Assembly (NCBI RefSeq): GCF_006345805.1
Contig: NC_043007.1
Span: 30,566,001 to 30,630,000 of the forward strand
Length of the DNA stretch: 64,000 bases
Reading direction: 5' to 3'
Source: Octopus sinensis
Lineage: Eukaryota
Shown here: piece after piece, positions 11,980 to 24,425 of the stretch
Position numbering within the stretch: position 1 is the first letter of the stretch
Layout: each line of letters begins with the position of its first letter
The notes under the pieces: generated by a model
What the model saw: only the letters and a program-made list of their open reading frames with translations
Databases searched by the model: none
What the model was told of the DNA's origin: nothing
Made by a program: the position numbers and the translations under genes

Positions 11980-12720
11980 TCTCTTCTTCTTCTTCTCTTC
12001 TTCTTCTTCTTCTTCTTCTTCTTCTTCTTCTTCTTCTTCTTCTTCTTCTTCTTCTTCTTCTTCTCTTCTTCTTTTCTTTCTTTCTTCCATTATAATCATA
12101 TTATTTATTTTTTTTAAATTGGCTTTCTTTTAGGCTTTTGTTGTATTTTTTACTTTGGTTCTTGTTTTTGTCTTTTTTTTTCTATTTTACTGCAGTTTAT
12201 GTCTTTGTGGTTAAGTTTTATAATAAATGTTTTGTGTGTTTGTCTGATTGTTGCTCTTCTTCCTCTCCTTCTTCTCCTCCTCCTTCTTATTCTTATTCTT
12301 ATTTTTCTTCTCCTCCTTCTCCCCCTTCTCCTTCTTATTCTTATTCTTCTTTTCCTTCTTCTTCTTTTTCTTATTCCCCTCCTTATTCTTATTCTTCTTA
12401 TTCTTCTTTTCCTTCTCCTTCTTCTTTTCCTTCTCCTTCTTCTTCTTCTTCTTCTTCTTTTCTTTTTCTTCTTCTCCTTCTTCTTCGTCTTCTCCTCCTC
12501 CTCCTCCTCCTCCTTCTCCTCTTTTTCGTCTTTGTCTTATTTTCTCCATATTATACTTCTCATCATTTTGTCGTTGTTCTTGTTGTTGTTTCATCATATT
12601 GCTGTTGTTGTTCCTTCGATTCATCTTTTTCTTCTTCTCTTCTCCTCCTACTCTCCCTACTTTTTCTTTTCCTCCCCTCCTCGTTCTCTGCCTTCTCCTC
12701 CATCTCCCCCTCTCTCTCTA
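11980..12720. repeat. (TTC)n/(CTT)n pyrimidine-rich low-complexity tract
   Basis: Directly visible. Confidence 0.95.
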
Positions 12721-13226
12721 TCTATCTGTCTTCTCGTATATCTGAGAAAGCGGTTAACTCAAATATATTGTAGCCATGAAAATTGATAGAGTGTCGGAAA
12801 ACCAATTCGGTGTGTGAAAGCATATGAGTTGAGTTTCAAGGAAACATAAATATATATTAACATACGCACACACAATCACACACACAAACACGCGCACGTC
12901 TATATGTCTATATATAAAAGCGTATACATTTGTATGTACGTACATGTATATATATATATATGTGCAGGTGTATGTATTTTATATATATATATATGTGTGT
13001 GTGTGTGGTGTGTGTGTGCGTGTGTGCGTCAGTAAGTGTGTGTGTGTTTATGTGTGTTTGTGTGTGCGTGCGCTTCCGCGGGCTTAACTGTGTACATATG
13101 AATATATATGGACGGCTTTATATATGTTAATATGCGTACATATTTTAATATAAATATACTATGCACACATACCATCCCATATATAAACACACACACAACA
13201 CACACCCACACCACACACACACCCAC

Positions 13227-13271
<45 letters not shown>

Positions 13272-13275
13272 GCAT

Positions 13276-13319
<44 letters not shown>

Positions 13320-13357
13320 TATATACATATGCATTTTTATATATATATATATATATA

Positions 13358-13480
13358 TTAGGCCTGCTCGCTTAGCCAGCGTGTGGCGTCATTCGAAGGG
13401 CTAAATCAATACGAACGCATGGTGACCAGCGATGTGTAACAACATCTGATGGTCTGGTCGGTCACGTGGTCACGTGAGAT
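13358..13480 (+). repeat. ~120-bp interspersed repeat in (TA)n (also 34032-34130 plus, 48651-48773 minus)
   Basis: Shared GCTTAGCCAGC...CATTCGAAGGGCTAA...CAACATCTGAT...GGTCACGTGA. Confidence 0.75.
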
Positions 13481-13540
13481 TATATATATATATATATATA
13501 TATATATGCATCTTATATATGAAACGTATGCATGTATGTA

Positions 13541-13573
<33 letters not shown>

Positions 13574-14678
13574 TGTATGTACGTATGTATGTATGGATGT
13601 GTGTGTAGATAACCATGAATGTACACATATATATTTGCATCTATATACGTGCTGCTTTATGTGGCCGATAACGAGAGAGAAAGTAAGGAGCATGCAGATG
13701 TTCGGACTTATTAGCTCTCGTCTACACTCGATGTAATTTCCTCAACGCTCTTCGACTCTTTCTCACCCTCACTACTTCTCTCCCTTTCTCTCGTTCACTC
13801 TCTTTATCTCAATTAGAATACATTATCCAATTATTGTTGTTTTTTGGTTGGAGTCAGAACTTGAGGGGCAAAATTTCCAGCCAAGGCTGCCAAGGATTCT
13901 TTCTATATGCAACAGAGGTTATCTAATCTGCCCATCCTTGCTTAATGCAACTGCGTGTTGGTTCAATTAAATTTGGCTGCTATTTCTCGCAGATCGAATG
14001 AAAATCTACAGGCTACTTCGTTGCCTCATAAATCATGGAATGGTGTAGATTAGAATTTTAAGAAGATCGCATGAAGTGATATACATAAATTCTTAATGCT
14101 CTTAGAATACGACTACAAATACTTTCTTTTGATGTGGTTGTGTGTGTGTGTATATATACATATATATATACGTATGAAAATATATATGTATATGTGTATA
14201 TATATATGTATAAGTGTGTATATATATATGTGTGTGTGTATATATATATGTATATATATATATGTATGTATATATATATATGTGTGTGTGTGTGTGTATG
14301 TATGTATATATATATATATATATATAAACAGAGAGAGAGAGAGTATAGTATAGAATATTATGTATGTATCCTCGCATTCTCATATATAAACACATACGCA
14401 CACGCATGTACACAATTGCGTATGTTGCATATACTCGCTTCATACCCCCCCACCCCATGGGTAAAACCTTGAACAAAGTTGCGTGGGGATGTCCACCTCG
14501 GATGAATACGTAGTGCAAGTGAACCAACTAAAAGCACGTGAATGCTACATCAAAGGGCTTTAGGACACTTACGCAACAGAAACACGTGTCGGATTGGAAT
14601 CTAAAGTAAATTTAATGAGAGTAATTCTATAAGCATGTCTTGAAGATGTAGTCTTGTATGTATATATATATATAATAT

Positions 14679-14714
<36 letters not shown>

Positions 14715-14879
14715 ATATATATATATATATATAGATATATACACACACCAATAATTACCACAACCAAACTTCTACATGTTACTTTTGACAATCTTTCGCA
14801 AAGAGTGAAACCGGTAAGTAAATAAACATCTTTTAAATTGCCGCTGTGAGGTAAAATTGTCGAATCACCATCCCTGAGT

Positions 14880-15042
14880 TATTTCCAAGCACTGCTGTAA
14901 ACAGCGGAAGTGAGTTAGAACCTTGAAACAGTGCGCATGCTCAGCAGAGTCCAAGGTCAATCTACGCCAAGCGGCTTTACTCTGCGTGCTTTAGTTTCGT
15001 TACTATAGGCAACAGTCCGGATACTTATTGATCAGACCTCTA
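14880..15042 (-). mobile_element. Mariner-like 5' end with TIR at 15008-15042
   Basis: Minus strand TAGAGGTCTGATCAATAAGTATCCGGACTGTTGCC resembles mariner TIRs and starts with TA; no partner TIR seen. Confidence 0.55.
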
Positions 15043-16127
15043 CCTGCTTATTAATAATTAGGAACCTGGCATTCGATTTAACAAAAGGCATCTTCGATCA
15101 GTTATTCTCGATTAGATTCATTTGATCATCAGAGCCTCCATCGATTGCGACGAGGCGTTAACAGGAAGTGTTTTTCTGAGAGAAAATCATGAGCTCCTCT
15201 CCATCTTTTGAAATCGAGAGAGCACCTTGGATATTGCATTCTGAGGTGAACTATGGCTGAAAGCGACGGAATGACCACCACACACCAGAAAGGAACACTT
15301 TGACTGATGGGGTTCTGGGATTTCAGTATATCGGAGAAAGACAGGATGGTCACTTCTGGAATATTTTTGATTATAAAGCAGCTTGGATCGACAACATCTA
15401 ACTGGGGTTCCAGAACATCAAATCTCCTTTCCATAATGTTGCGATTATGATATCCGCCCTATTTAACCACCGCCACTACAACCACCACCACAACCACAAC
15501 CACCACCACCACTACATTGATACACGTTTTCTTATCCCCACCTCCAGCCTTGGCTTTTCGTTCAGTTTCGCTGTGAAATTTTTAAAACTCGTAAATGAGA
15601 AGGTCACGTGACAGATTTGAATAATTAAAATTTGTGTTGAAAAGAGACCTTTTAGTAAAAGGCTAATTGACAGCGAAGTGCATCTGGGAGAGGTAGATGT
15701 GGAGGGGGGAGACAGAAAGAGAGAGAGAGAGAGAGAGGTAGGGAGAGAGGTAGGGAGAGGTAATGAGGTAAAAAGAAAGGCAATGAGATGTAGTATGATA
15801 GAGCTATAGAGAAGTAGAGAGGGAGGGAGGGAGAGAGAGAAAGAGAGGTGGGTGGGGAGGGATGTTGGCAAGTAGTGACGTGTGTCATCAGGAATCGATA
15901 CAAGAGATAATCTATATAACAGATAGATCACGTATCGATTTCTCATGTCGGACGTGACCAATTGTTAATGGAAGTGAATAACAAAATCAATTGTTATTGA
16001 CCTTATAATATGACTGGTATATCCCCCACACGATGGGGGAGCCCCTACCCACTCGCCATGCGAACACAGATAAATATTGTTGAATTATTCTACTATCTTA
16101 AAAAAAATAGAAAGAATTATAGTCAGA

Positions 16128-16166
<39 letters not shown>

Positions 16167-16206
16167 TATATTTATATATATATATACATATATATACATA
16201 TACATA

Positions 16207-16770
16207 CAGAGTGTACTGGAAGCTTTGTTAAGCACAACGATCGTTTCGGTTTACTTTTGCACTGTTCCCTGATGGGTGTGGAACAAAATGCAGGGACCGA
16301 ATGCACCCATGGTGCAGAAGAAACTTCCTCAGATTGCATAAAAAGGCTTCAGTGTTATAATATGTTCATTTCGCTAACACGTGTGGCAGGGTGGTAACAA
16401 CACCACCCTGCCGAAACGATCGTAGTGGTTAATAAAGCTTCCAGTACATTCTGGAGATATACTAAACGGGTACCGAGGAATTCCTTGCGTAGATCCTGTG
16501 ACAAAAGTGCACTCGCTGCGGATGACACCTGGTAGGTGTAAGTGGTCAACTTGCTCTCAAGGTACATTTCTTGAGACATGCCTTAATTTTTCCTTGTTTC
16601 CGTGTTTGTTCTGTGTGTCGATAGCCAGCTGGAAAAGATGTTTTCCTGGGGCTCAGACGACAGTAACATCGTCCTCTATAGGACCGCCACATTCTGTTAG
16701 CAAATAACTTTACTATTCCGTACTGTTGCTTTATATCTCTCACTGAGAGATTTAAAACAAGTCGTTTCTC
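16207..16770 (+). mobile_element. Element with 43-bp inverted arms, core-deleted hammerhead and tail
   Basis: Arms 16207-16249 and 16411-16453 (4 mismatches); 11-bp stem 16385-16412 followed by GAAAC-GATC-GTA. Confidence 0.6.
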
Positions 16771-16771
16771 T

Positions 16772-16810
<39 letters not shown>

Positions 16811-16827
16811 ATATATATATATATACT

Positions 16828-17094
16828 AAAAAAGCAACAAGTATATCTTCGTAATTTGGTACGATCGTTTCATGCTACTTCATTTTATTAAACATTGTAA
16901 GGATTAGATCAGTTTTAAAATGCTGAGCAATCTTCAGCCATTTATAGAAGTCTTCCATCAAACGGACAATACATATACTTATTTCCATTCCGTTTGCCAA
17001 CAATCACCCCATTGATTTATATGGATAATACCATACGCAATTCTGGTGCCTCTGACTTAAGTATCATATTCATTTGAATCTAAATTTTGCTGAA

Positions 17095-17098
<4 letters not shown>
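16828..17098 (+). mobile_element. Fold-back family member with long inverted arm and tail; second arm missing
   Basis: Shares GTTTCATGCTACTTCATTTTATTAAAC and the AATCACCCC...GAACT tail with the 22843 copy. Confidence 0.7.
16857..16940 (-). ncRNA. Candidate type-I hammerhead ribozyme
   Basis: UGG-CUGAAGA-U/UGCU..CAUUUUA..UAAAAUG..AGCA/U-GAAAC-GAUC-GUA-CCA; core intact, U.U at the base of helix II, 3-bp helix I. Confidence 0.5.
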
Positions 17099-17131
<33 letters not shown>

Positions 17132-17280
17132 CATATATATATAAGATTCAAGTTAATTTTAAATGATTTACTTGAATATGGTACCTAACTTAGATGCACC
17201 AAAAGAAAACTATACTGTTTTAACAATACAGTAATGTGGGGTGATTATAAGCGAGAAAGAAGCAACAGAATGGATAGGTT

Positions 17281-17369
17281 TTTAGTACAATCGTTTCATA
17301 CAAGGACAGGCTTTATTAAAAGTTGTAAAAATTACAGCATATAAACGTGTCCCGTACTCATCAGCTAAA
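17281..17369 (-). ncRNA. Type-I hammerhead ribozyme (left arm)
   Basis: UUUAG-CUGAUGA-GUACGGGACA...UGUCCUUGUAU-GAAAC-GAUU-GUA|CUAAA: 5-bp helix I, ~10-bp helix II with one bulge, all core nucleotides present. Confidence 0.8.
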
Positions 17370-18108
17370 TACATGTGAGTTCTCTAGACATCCTAGTGGT
17401 TGAGGCTATACTCATGAAGTAATGTAGATAATTAAGTAACATAAACAGATTTCCAAAGTTCATTAAAGTTCTTTAAAGATGATGTACAGTCTTATCACAG
17501 AATTTTAAAATAGTTCTAATAGCATCACAGAGAAGGTGACCTATTCCATAGAGCACATATGAAATTCCAGAGATATGATGAGGGATTACATACTCACAGA
17601 ATACTCACAAATAGCTACAGCCTCTTGTAAATAGCAGTAATGTGATTAATGTAGCAAATACCTAATCATATAACAAGTTTTGATACCTACCTCATTGTGT
17701 TCAACCATTGATAAATTTATCGCCTGTGAATATGAGATTCCTCTTCATTTCTCTGGAAACTACAATCTAAACCATTGGAATTGTGCATCTATACAAAGGT
17801 TAATTCACCCTCTCTGTAATGCTAATAAGCAGGAATTGAGACCCACCTCGTTGTGATTAACAATGGATAAATTTGTCTTCTGTGAGTATGTAATCCCTCA
17901 TCATATCTCTGGAATTTCATATGTGCTCTATGGAATAGGTCACCTTCTCTGTGATGCTATTAGAACTTTTTTAATATTCTGTGATAAGACTGTACATCAT
18001 CTTTAAAGAACTTTAATGAACTTGGGAAATCTGTTTATGTTACTTAATTATCTACATTACTCATGAGTATAGCCTCAACCACTAGGATGTCTAGAGAACT
18101 CACATGTA

Positions 18109-18196
18109 TTTAGCTGATGAAGTAGGGACACGTTTATATGCTGTAATTTTTACAACTTTTAATAAGCCTGTCCTTGTATGAAACGATTGTACTAAA
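18109..18196 (+). ncRNA. Type-I hammerhead ribozyme (right arm)
   Basis: UUUAG-CUGAUGA-AGUAGGGACA...UGUCCUUGUAU-GAAAC-GAUU-GUA|CUAAA. Confidence 0.75.
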
Positions 18197-18324
18197 AACC
18201 CTATCCATTCTTGTTGCTTCTTTCTCGCTTATATATATATATTATATATATATACTATATATATATATAATATATATCATATATATATAATGATATATAC
18301 ATATATACATACATACATGCATAC

Positions 18325-18495
18325 ATAAAAATGATTCGATTCTTTTAGTTTCCGCCTACTAAATAAACTTGCAAGGCTTTGGTCGGCTCGAGGCTGTAGT
18401 AAAAGACACTTGCCCAAGGTACGGCGCAGTGGCACTGAACGTGGAACCATGTGGTTGGGAAACATGGTCCTTACTACACAGCTTCGCCTGCGCCT
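18325..18495 (-). mobile_element. SINE family A
   Basis: AAGACACTTGCCCAAGGTACGGCGCAGTGGCACTGAAC...GGTTGGGAA on plus. Confidence 0.8.
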
Positions 18496-19140
18496 CTATT
18501 TCTCGTCCGCATAAAGAAGTCTCTTCCAATGGAAATGAAACGAAACTTTTTGGCGACCCCATCGGGTCGAGAGTGTTAGTTTCTGCAGTTCCTACACCAT
18601 GGCAACACTTACCAAAACTAACTGAAAAGAAACAAAGAAGAAGGAAATAATATTATAAGGAATTCCGCAGTTCTTAGAGTTGCCTTTCATCCTTCCAGTT
18701 CGATAAAATAGAATTCCAGTCAAGAATTGGAGTCGCTTTAATGTGTGGCCTTGCGCCAATCTTAGAATTCACTGCTGGCAAGGATTTGTACCTTTCTAAT
18801 AGATATTAGTGACGTCAGAAGGGCTCGGTTCTATACTCTCGTTGTTGCCATTTCCGCAAGGAAACCAATAATGAAAGCAAATGTATGGAATATGGTCTCA
18901 GCAACTGCAGAGTCCATATATCTATCTCTGAAGAAATCGATTAGGAATTGGTGAGCTGCTAATGCTGATAATTCGGCCACAGAGCGATGAGACATCGTGA
19001 ATAGCGTTAGCAACATGATGGAATGTTGAACTGGTAAAATGGTAAATATATGAGCTAAGTGGCAGCATAGCAGCACCGGAAGAAGGGGGTAAATGAGGAC
19101 AAATAGAAAGAGAGTATAGCAGCACGTGGTCAGAAATAGG

Positions 19141-19215
<75 letters not shown>

Positions 19216-19337
19216 ATTGACTAATATATAATATATGCGTGTATATATGTACATGGGGGTGACTGTATATATATGCATAGATAATTGAGCCAGAATGAAT
19301 ATCATTTACAATCGAATACGCAACACACACACATACG

Positions 19338-19403
<66 letters not shown>

Positions 19404-20143
19404 TATCTATAGATATATATATATATATTATATACGCAGACCCGCACACACATGTAAATGCATATCATATATGCATTACTATATCTATACGTAAACATTC
19501 ATCTTTGTATATATATATACACACATATATATGTAAATGTACGTATTTATATACATATATACACGCACACATACACACACACATATATATGCATATATAT
19601 ATACACACATATACATATATATTTATACACATATGCATATATATATATATATATATGCATACATGTATGTTTGCATATACATATATTCACAGTATGAGCA
19701 TTTGTGTGTGCGTGCTTGTGAGTGTGCGCGCGCTATTAGTCAAGGGGATTTGCATAACACCATTATCAATATTGAAGAAGCTTCTAAAGTGGTGCAGGAG
19801 AAAAAGAAAAACCGAAACAGTCCAACAAAAACACACACAATTACTTTGAGATTTTACAAAAAAAGTTGCATATATACACACATATATGTATATATAATAT
19901 ATATATGTGTGTATATATATATATATATAATATATATATATATATATACATACATACATACATACATATACATATATATTTGCGTGTGCATATGCTTGTA
20001 TGTATATATATAAATATATATATATATATGTATGTATATATATATATATATTATATTGAGGGTACTACTATTCGTAGATACCATATATATATATATATTT
20101 CTTGTGTATGTATGTATGTGTGTGTATATATACATTTGTGTGC

Positions 20144-20182
<39 letters not shown>

Positions 20183-20215
20183 TAGATAGATAGATAGATA
20201 GATAGATCGATAGAT

Positions 20216-20255
<40 letters not shown>

Positions 20256-20339
20256 TATATAGATAGAGCTAGCCGTATAGCACCCGTCCACAGGATGACA
20301 TGGAGGTCAATAATACTCCTAGCAAATATTTCTATGTCA

Positions 20340-20520
20340 ACACGCAAAAAGGGGCCAACATTCAGAAGAAGGGTACTAGACTTGGTGGTTCATGCGAGGC
20401 CCCAGATTCTGAACATATGGATGGTGTAAGGAAAGTGATGAATGGGTTGGGAAAATATTTGAATGATGTGTTGGCATGTACTCAGCCAGATTGAAAAAGC
20501 TGGTGTTAGGTAGGTCAGAG
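20340..20520 (+). mobile_element. Possible RTE-type LINE C-terminal remnant
   Basis: ...HMDGVRKVMNGLG...NDV resembles the RTE-type RW.DG(V/I)K segment; highly decayed. Confidence 0.3.
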
Positions 20521-20794
20521 AAAGAGAAAGCGAGAGACAGACAAATTGGCAGACAGACAGAGGGGACACGGCACGGGTGTGGTGCAGAGGTTGCGGCTTG
20601 TTGGTGAAGGACTTTATGCCAAACGTCCGGGTGGCTCATTTCTAGACACGGTTTAGGATGTGATGCCTCTCTTTATCAAGGGACCCACGTGAATTGTGTA
20701 GAGTATCAACAACTGTGGAGAGACTAAAGTGACCCTGCTGGTCACGATCATGAAGATGATGATGATAGTGATATTGATCATAATGAAGATGCTG

Positions 20795-20829
<35 letters not shown>

Positions 20830-21239
20830 ATGTATATGTATATTATATATATATATATATACATATATATATGTGTATGTATATGTGTTGTGTTTCACAA
20901 TTCTGTATGAGATCGTGTGCTTTTCGATTGCCGTAGAAAGCAACAAAAACAACATACACACACACACACACACACATACACACACCCTCAAACAAATACA
21001 CACACAAATACACACTGCTATATTTACTGTTGCTCTCTTGTGTGAATGAGTGCGTGTGTGTTTGAGGGGACCTGCTTACGCGAGTTCTTGTACCGAGCGG
21101 GTACATCGACTCAAATGCCGCGGTTGTTTATTGAAATTCTCAAATTAGATTAAGACTGGAGATGATTAACTTCAATAGTCATATGTTAAACTAATTAATT
21201 GTAATTTGAAATTAGTAATAAGATTGTTACTATAATTTT

Positions 21240-21780
21240 AAACAAACGATTTTCTTGCTTTGGTCGTAGGGTTGAGATGTTGCACCGATATCAGTGAAAG
21301 GGTCGGTATAGTTGAGGTTTTCATTGAAAAACTGCAAATTGATGACAACACGATAAATAACATAGGCACAAATGGAATTCCTGGGAAGGCGTCGTTCTGG
21401 AAAGAAAGAACAAATGGGGGATAAACGAAAAGATCTGAAGTACTAGAGGGAAATCTGCCAACTGCATCAAGCGCAAACCACCATAACAATGGAAAAGGTG
21501 AAGAGGAAAACGGTTCGGCTGTAGAGCAGAGGCTGGAGTCTGAGAGTGACCGACTTCATACTAGTCAGTATATAGGCCTTTGGCCAGGATGTGCCACCAG
21601 CTGTGTCGCAGATTTGAGAAGTGTGACTCCCAACTGTGTTTTAGAGAATGTCATTAGTTGTTGGACGGCGATAATAGATTTCTGGCCCTCGACAGGGAAG
21701 GTCAACTGTTATGCTGTCTGCGCTATCTTTGCATGTTGGGTTCGTACGTCCGAAAGAAGATGTCAATGAGGTTTTACAAT
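21240..21780 (-). mobile_element. Degenerate Tx1/L1-clade LINE ORF2 3' region
   Basis: NLRHSWWHILAKGLYT...HLFHC resembles the zf-RVT/CCHC region; frameshifted. Confidence 0.55.
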
Positions 21781-21867
21781 ACAAGACATCGAGAGTTTTG
21801 TTGTTCCTCTTGAAGTGAGATGTGTTAGGGTGTCATTTTTTTCTATTTATTTATATAGGAAATAACG

Positions 21868-22030
21868 CGGTGACCTGGCAGAAACGTTAGCACACCGGAC
21901 AAAATTCCTAGCAACATTTCGTCCATCTCCATGCTCTGAGTTCAAATCCAGCCGATGTCGACTTTGCCTTTCACCCTTCGAGATCGATAAAATGTGTACC
22001 ATTTGAGCACTGGGGTCAATGTAATTGACT
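21868..22030 (+). mobile_element. SINE family B
   Basis: CTGGCAGAAACGTTAGCAC...GATGTCGACTTTGCCTTTCA. Confidence 0.8.
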
Positions 22031-22049
22031 TATGCCAATATTTAAAACC

Positions 22050-22090
<41 letters not shown>

Positions 22091-22842
22091 GGGGGGGGAA
22101 TATTTTTCCACAGTATCAGCAACAACCCTTACCCTCCGTTGTCAGAGGTTTTCTTGGTTTTCTTCCATAGAATCGACGAAGGTTTGGATGAGATGTCTAG
22201 ATTACATGTGTATGGCATCTTAAAACGGATGTTAGGTCGAAATAATGGTAACATCTGTGTCGGATTGGACGGTTAGAAAGTGATGGCATGGCTGCAAAGA
22301 AGAAAGAACTTGAGAGGCCCTGGAATATATAGAACACAGCTGAGAAAGAGCAACGTCTACACTCTCTGTCCGCCAGGGGGATGTATGACAAACAGAAGAA
22401 GCCGTAATTACATTTTCTCGGTTTTATTGGAGATTTCATTCGATTATTGTTGTTGTTTTGACCAACCTCGATTCCGATCGAAGAAGTTTAGAAACAAATT
22501 CATTTAACATTTCTCCCACCCTTTACTTTTGTACATGAGGACAACACTCTTCAAATGCGTTTTGCAATTTTTTTCAGAAGTTAAGTATGAGAACAATAGC
22601 CGGCATTTTAGCACAGTGAGAGTCTAAGCAAAAGTTGCCCTAACTTGCTTGAGATATAATTCAGTGGTTTATATTGAACAAGCCATGTTGATATTCTATA
22701 CATACACATATACACACATCTGCTCATATACAAACACACAAACAAAATATACGTACAGATATGTACTTGTGCATTCGTGTATGTCTATGTACGTATATTT
22801 AATATATATACATAAACACGTATATACATACATATATATACA

Positions 22843-23097
22843 TATAATCAAAATAAGCAACAAGGATATCCAAGGTAGTGTAGTACAATCGTTTCATGCT
22901 ACTTCATTTTAATAAATACTTACAGTGTTTAATAAAATGAAGTAGCATGAAACGATTGTACTACACTACCTTGGATATCCTTGTTGCTTATTTTGATTAT
23001 AATCACCCCATTTGATTTATATGGATAATACCATACCAAATTCTGGTGACTTTAACTTAAGTACCATATTCAACTGAATCTAAATTTTGATGAACTT
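22843..23097 (+). mobile_element. Fold-back mini-element: perfect 69-bp arms plus tail
   Basis: 22843-22911 is the exact reverse complement of 22933-23001; 21-nt spacer; tail 23002-23097; TA-rich flanks. Confidence 0.9.
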
Positions 23098-23712
23098 ATA
23101 TATTCATATATATATTTGTGCTTGCATTATGAATGTATTTATGTATGATGTATGTATGTATGTGTATGTATGTATGTATGTATGTATGTATGTATGTATG
23201 TATGTATGCATGCATTATGCAGGCCCAGACATAATATATGTACATACATTCACCTCTATCTAAGAGTCTGTCTGTGAGAGTATTCATGAAAGCGAATAGA
23301 TGACTAAAGATCAGTGGTACGCAGTGCGAATACTTCAACAAATATTGTATGTGAGACATTTGCAGAGTGAAATAGTTAAGTCTCGTGGGAAAAAAAACAA
23401 CCAAAGTAGAGTGCTCGCTGAAACGATGACGTGTTAAGTCTGGCTGTCCTTTTAGAATCTCGAACGAAACAGCAGCCAGGACAGCAACAAACAACTTGAG
23501 GAAGAACGAGGCGCTGCGTTGTGTTGGCTTCATCGTGTGGCCTTTCTTGAAAGTCTTTTATTGGCAAAGTACCATTTACATAAATATGCAACCGACACAT
23601 TCATACATATATATATGTACGCGTGTGTATATTATATAGATATACATTTATATATACATGTATATATATAATTATGCATATACACACACAATATATATAC
23701 ATATATACATAC

Positions 23713-23798
<86 letters not shown>

Positions 23799-24212
23799 TA
23801 GTTTCATATAAGCACGCATATACCGCACATATACACACACATGTATTAACAATATTAATAAATTTGTTTTCTTAACAATCACAAACAGCGATAAAGGATT
23901 CAAGAATGATATATTGAAATATAGAGTTGGCTAAGACTGAATTTTGCAAATAAATATTAAAATAGATACATACAATATTTATATATTAATCTCTGGACAC
24001 ACACTCGTTTTTGAGAAAACTCGGTTTAAAATGTATCGTATGTGGTTCTCTCCAACGGAAAACAGGAAGAGAAAATGTGACCAGTAACGGTAAAAATGCA
24101 GAAACCGAAGGAGAGGAATGGAGCCAAGAATATTGATGAATCATGTATTTTTAAAATAATACTAAAATCTCTGAAATGAGCTCCATAACTGCTATTTGAA
24201 GCATATTGAACC

Positions 24213-24425
<213 letters not shown>

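Larger units (their letters stand above)
17135..18233 (-). mobile_element. Large fold-back element: tail 17135-17245, arms 17246-17601 and 17878-18233
   Basis: 356-bp arms with only a few substitutions/indels, 276-bp spacer, (TA)n on both sides. Confidence 0.85.

Noticed and set aside
15129-15434. 101-aa minus-strand ORF
   Set aside because: No recognisable motif or splice context; sits between a mariner end and microsatellite
21421-21770. Long open plus-strand frame
   Set aside because: Better explained as the antisense shadow of the Tx1/L1 remnant
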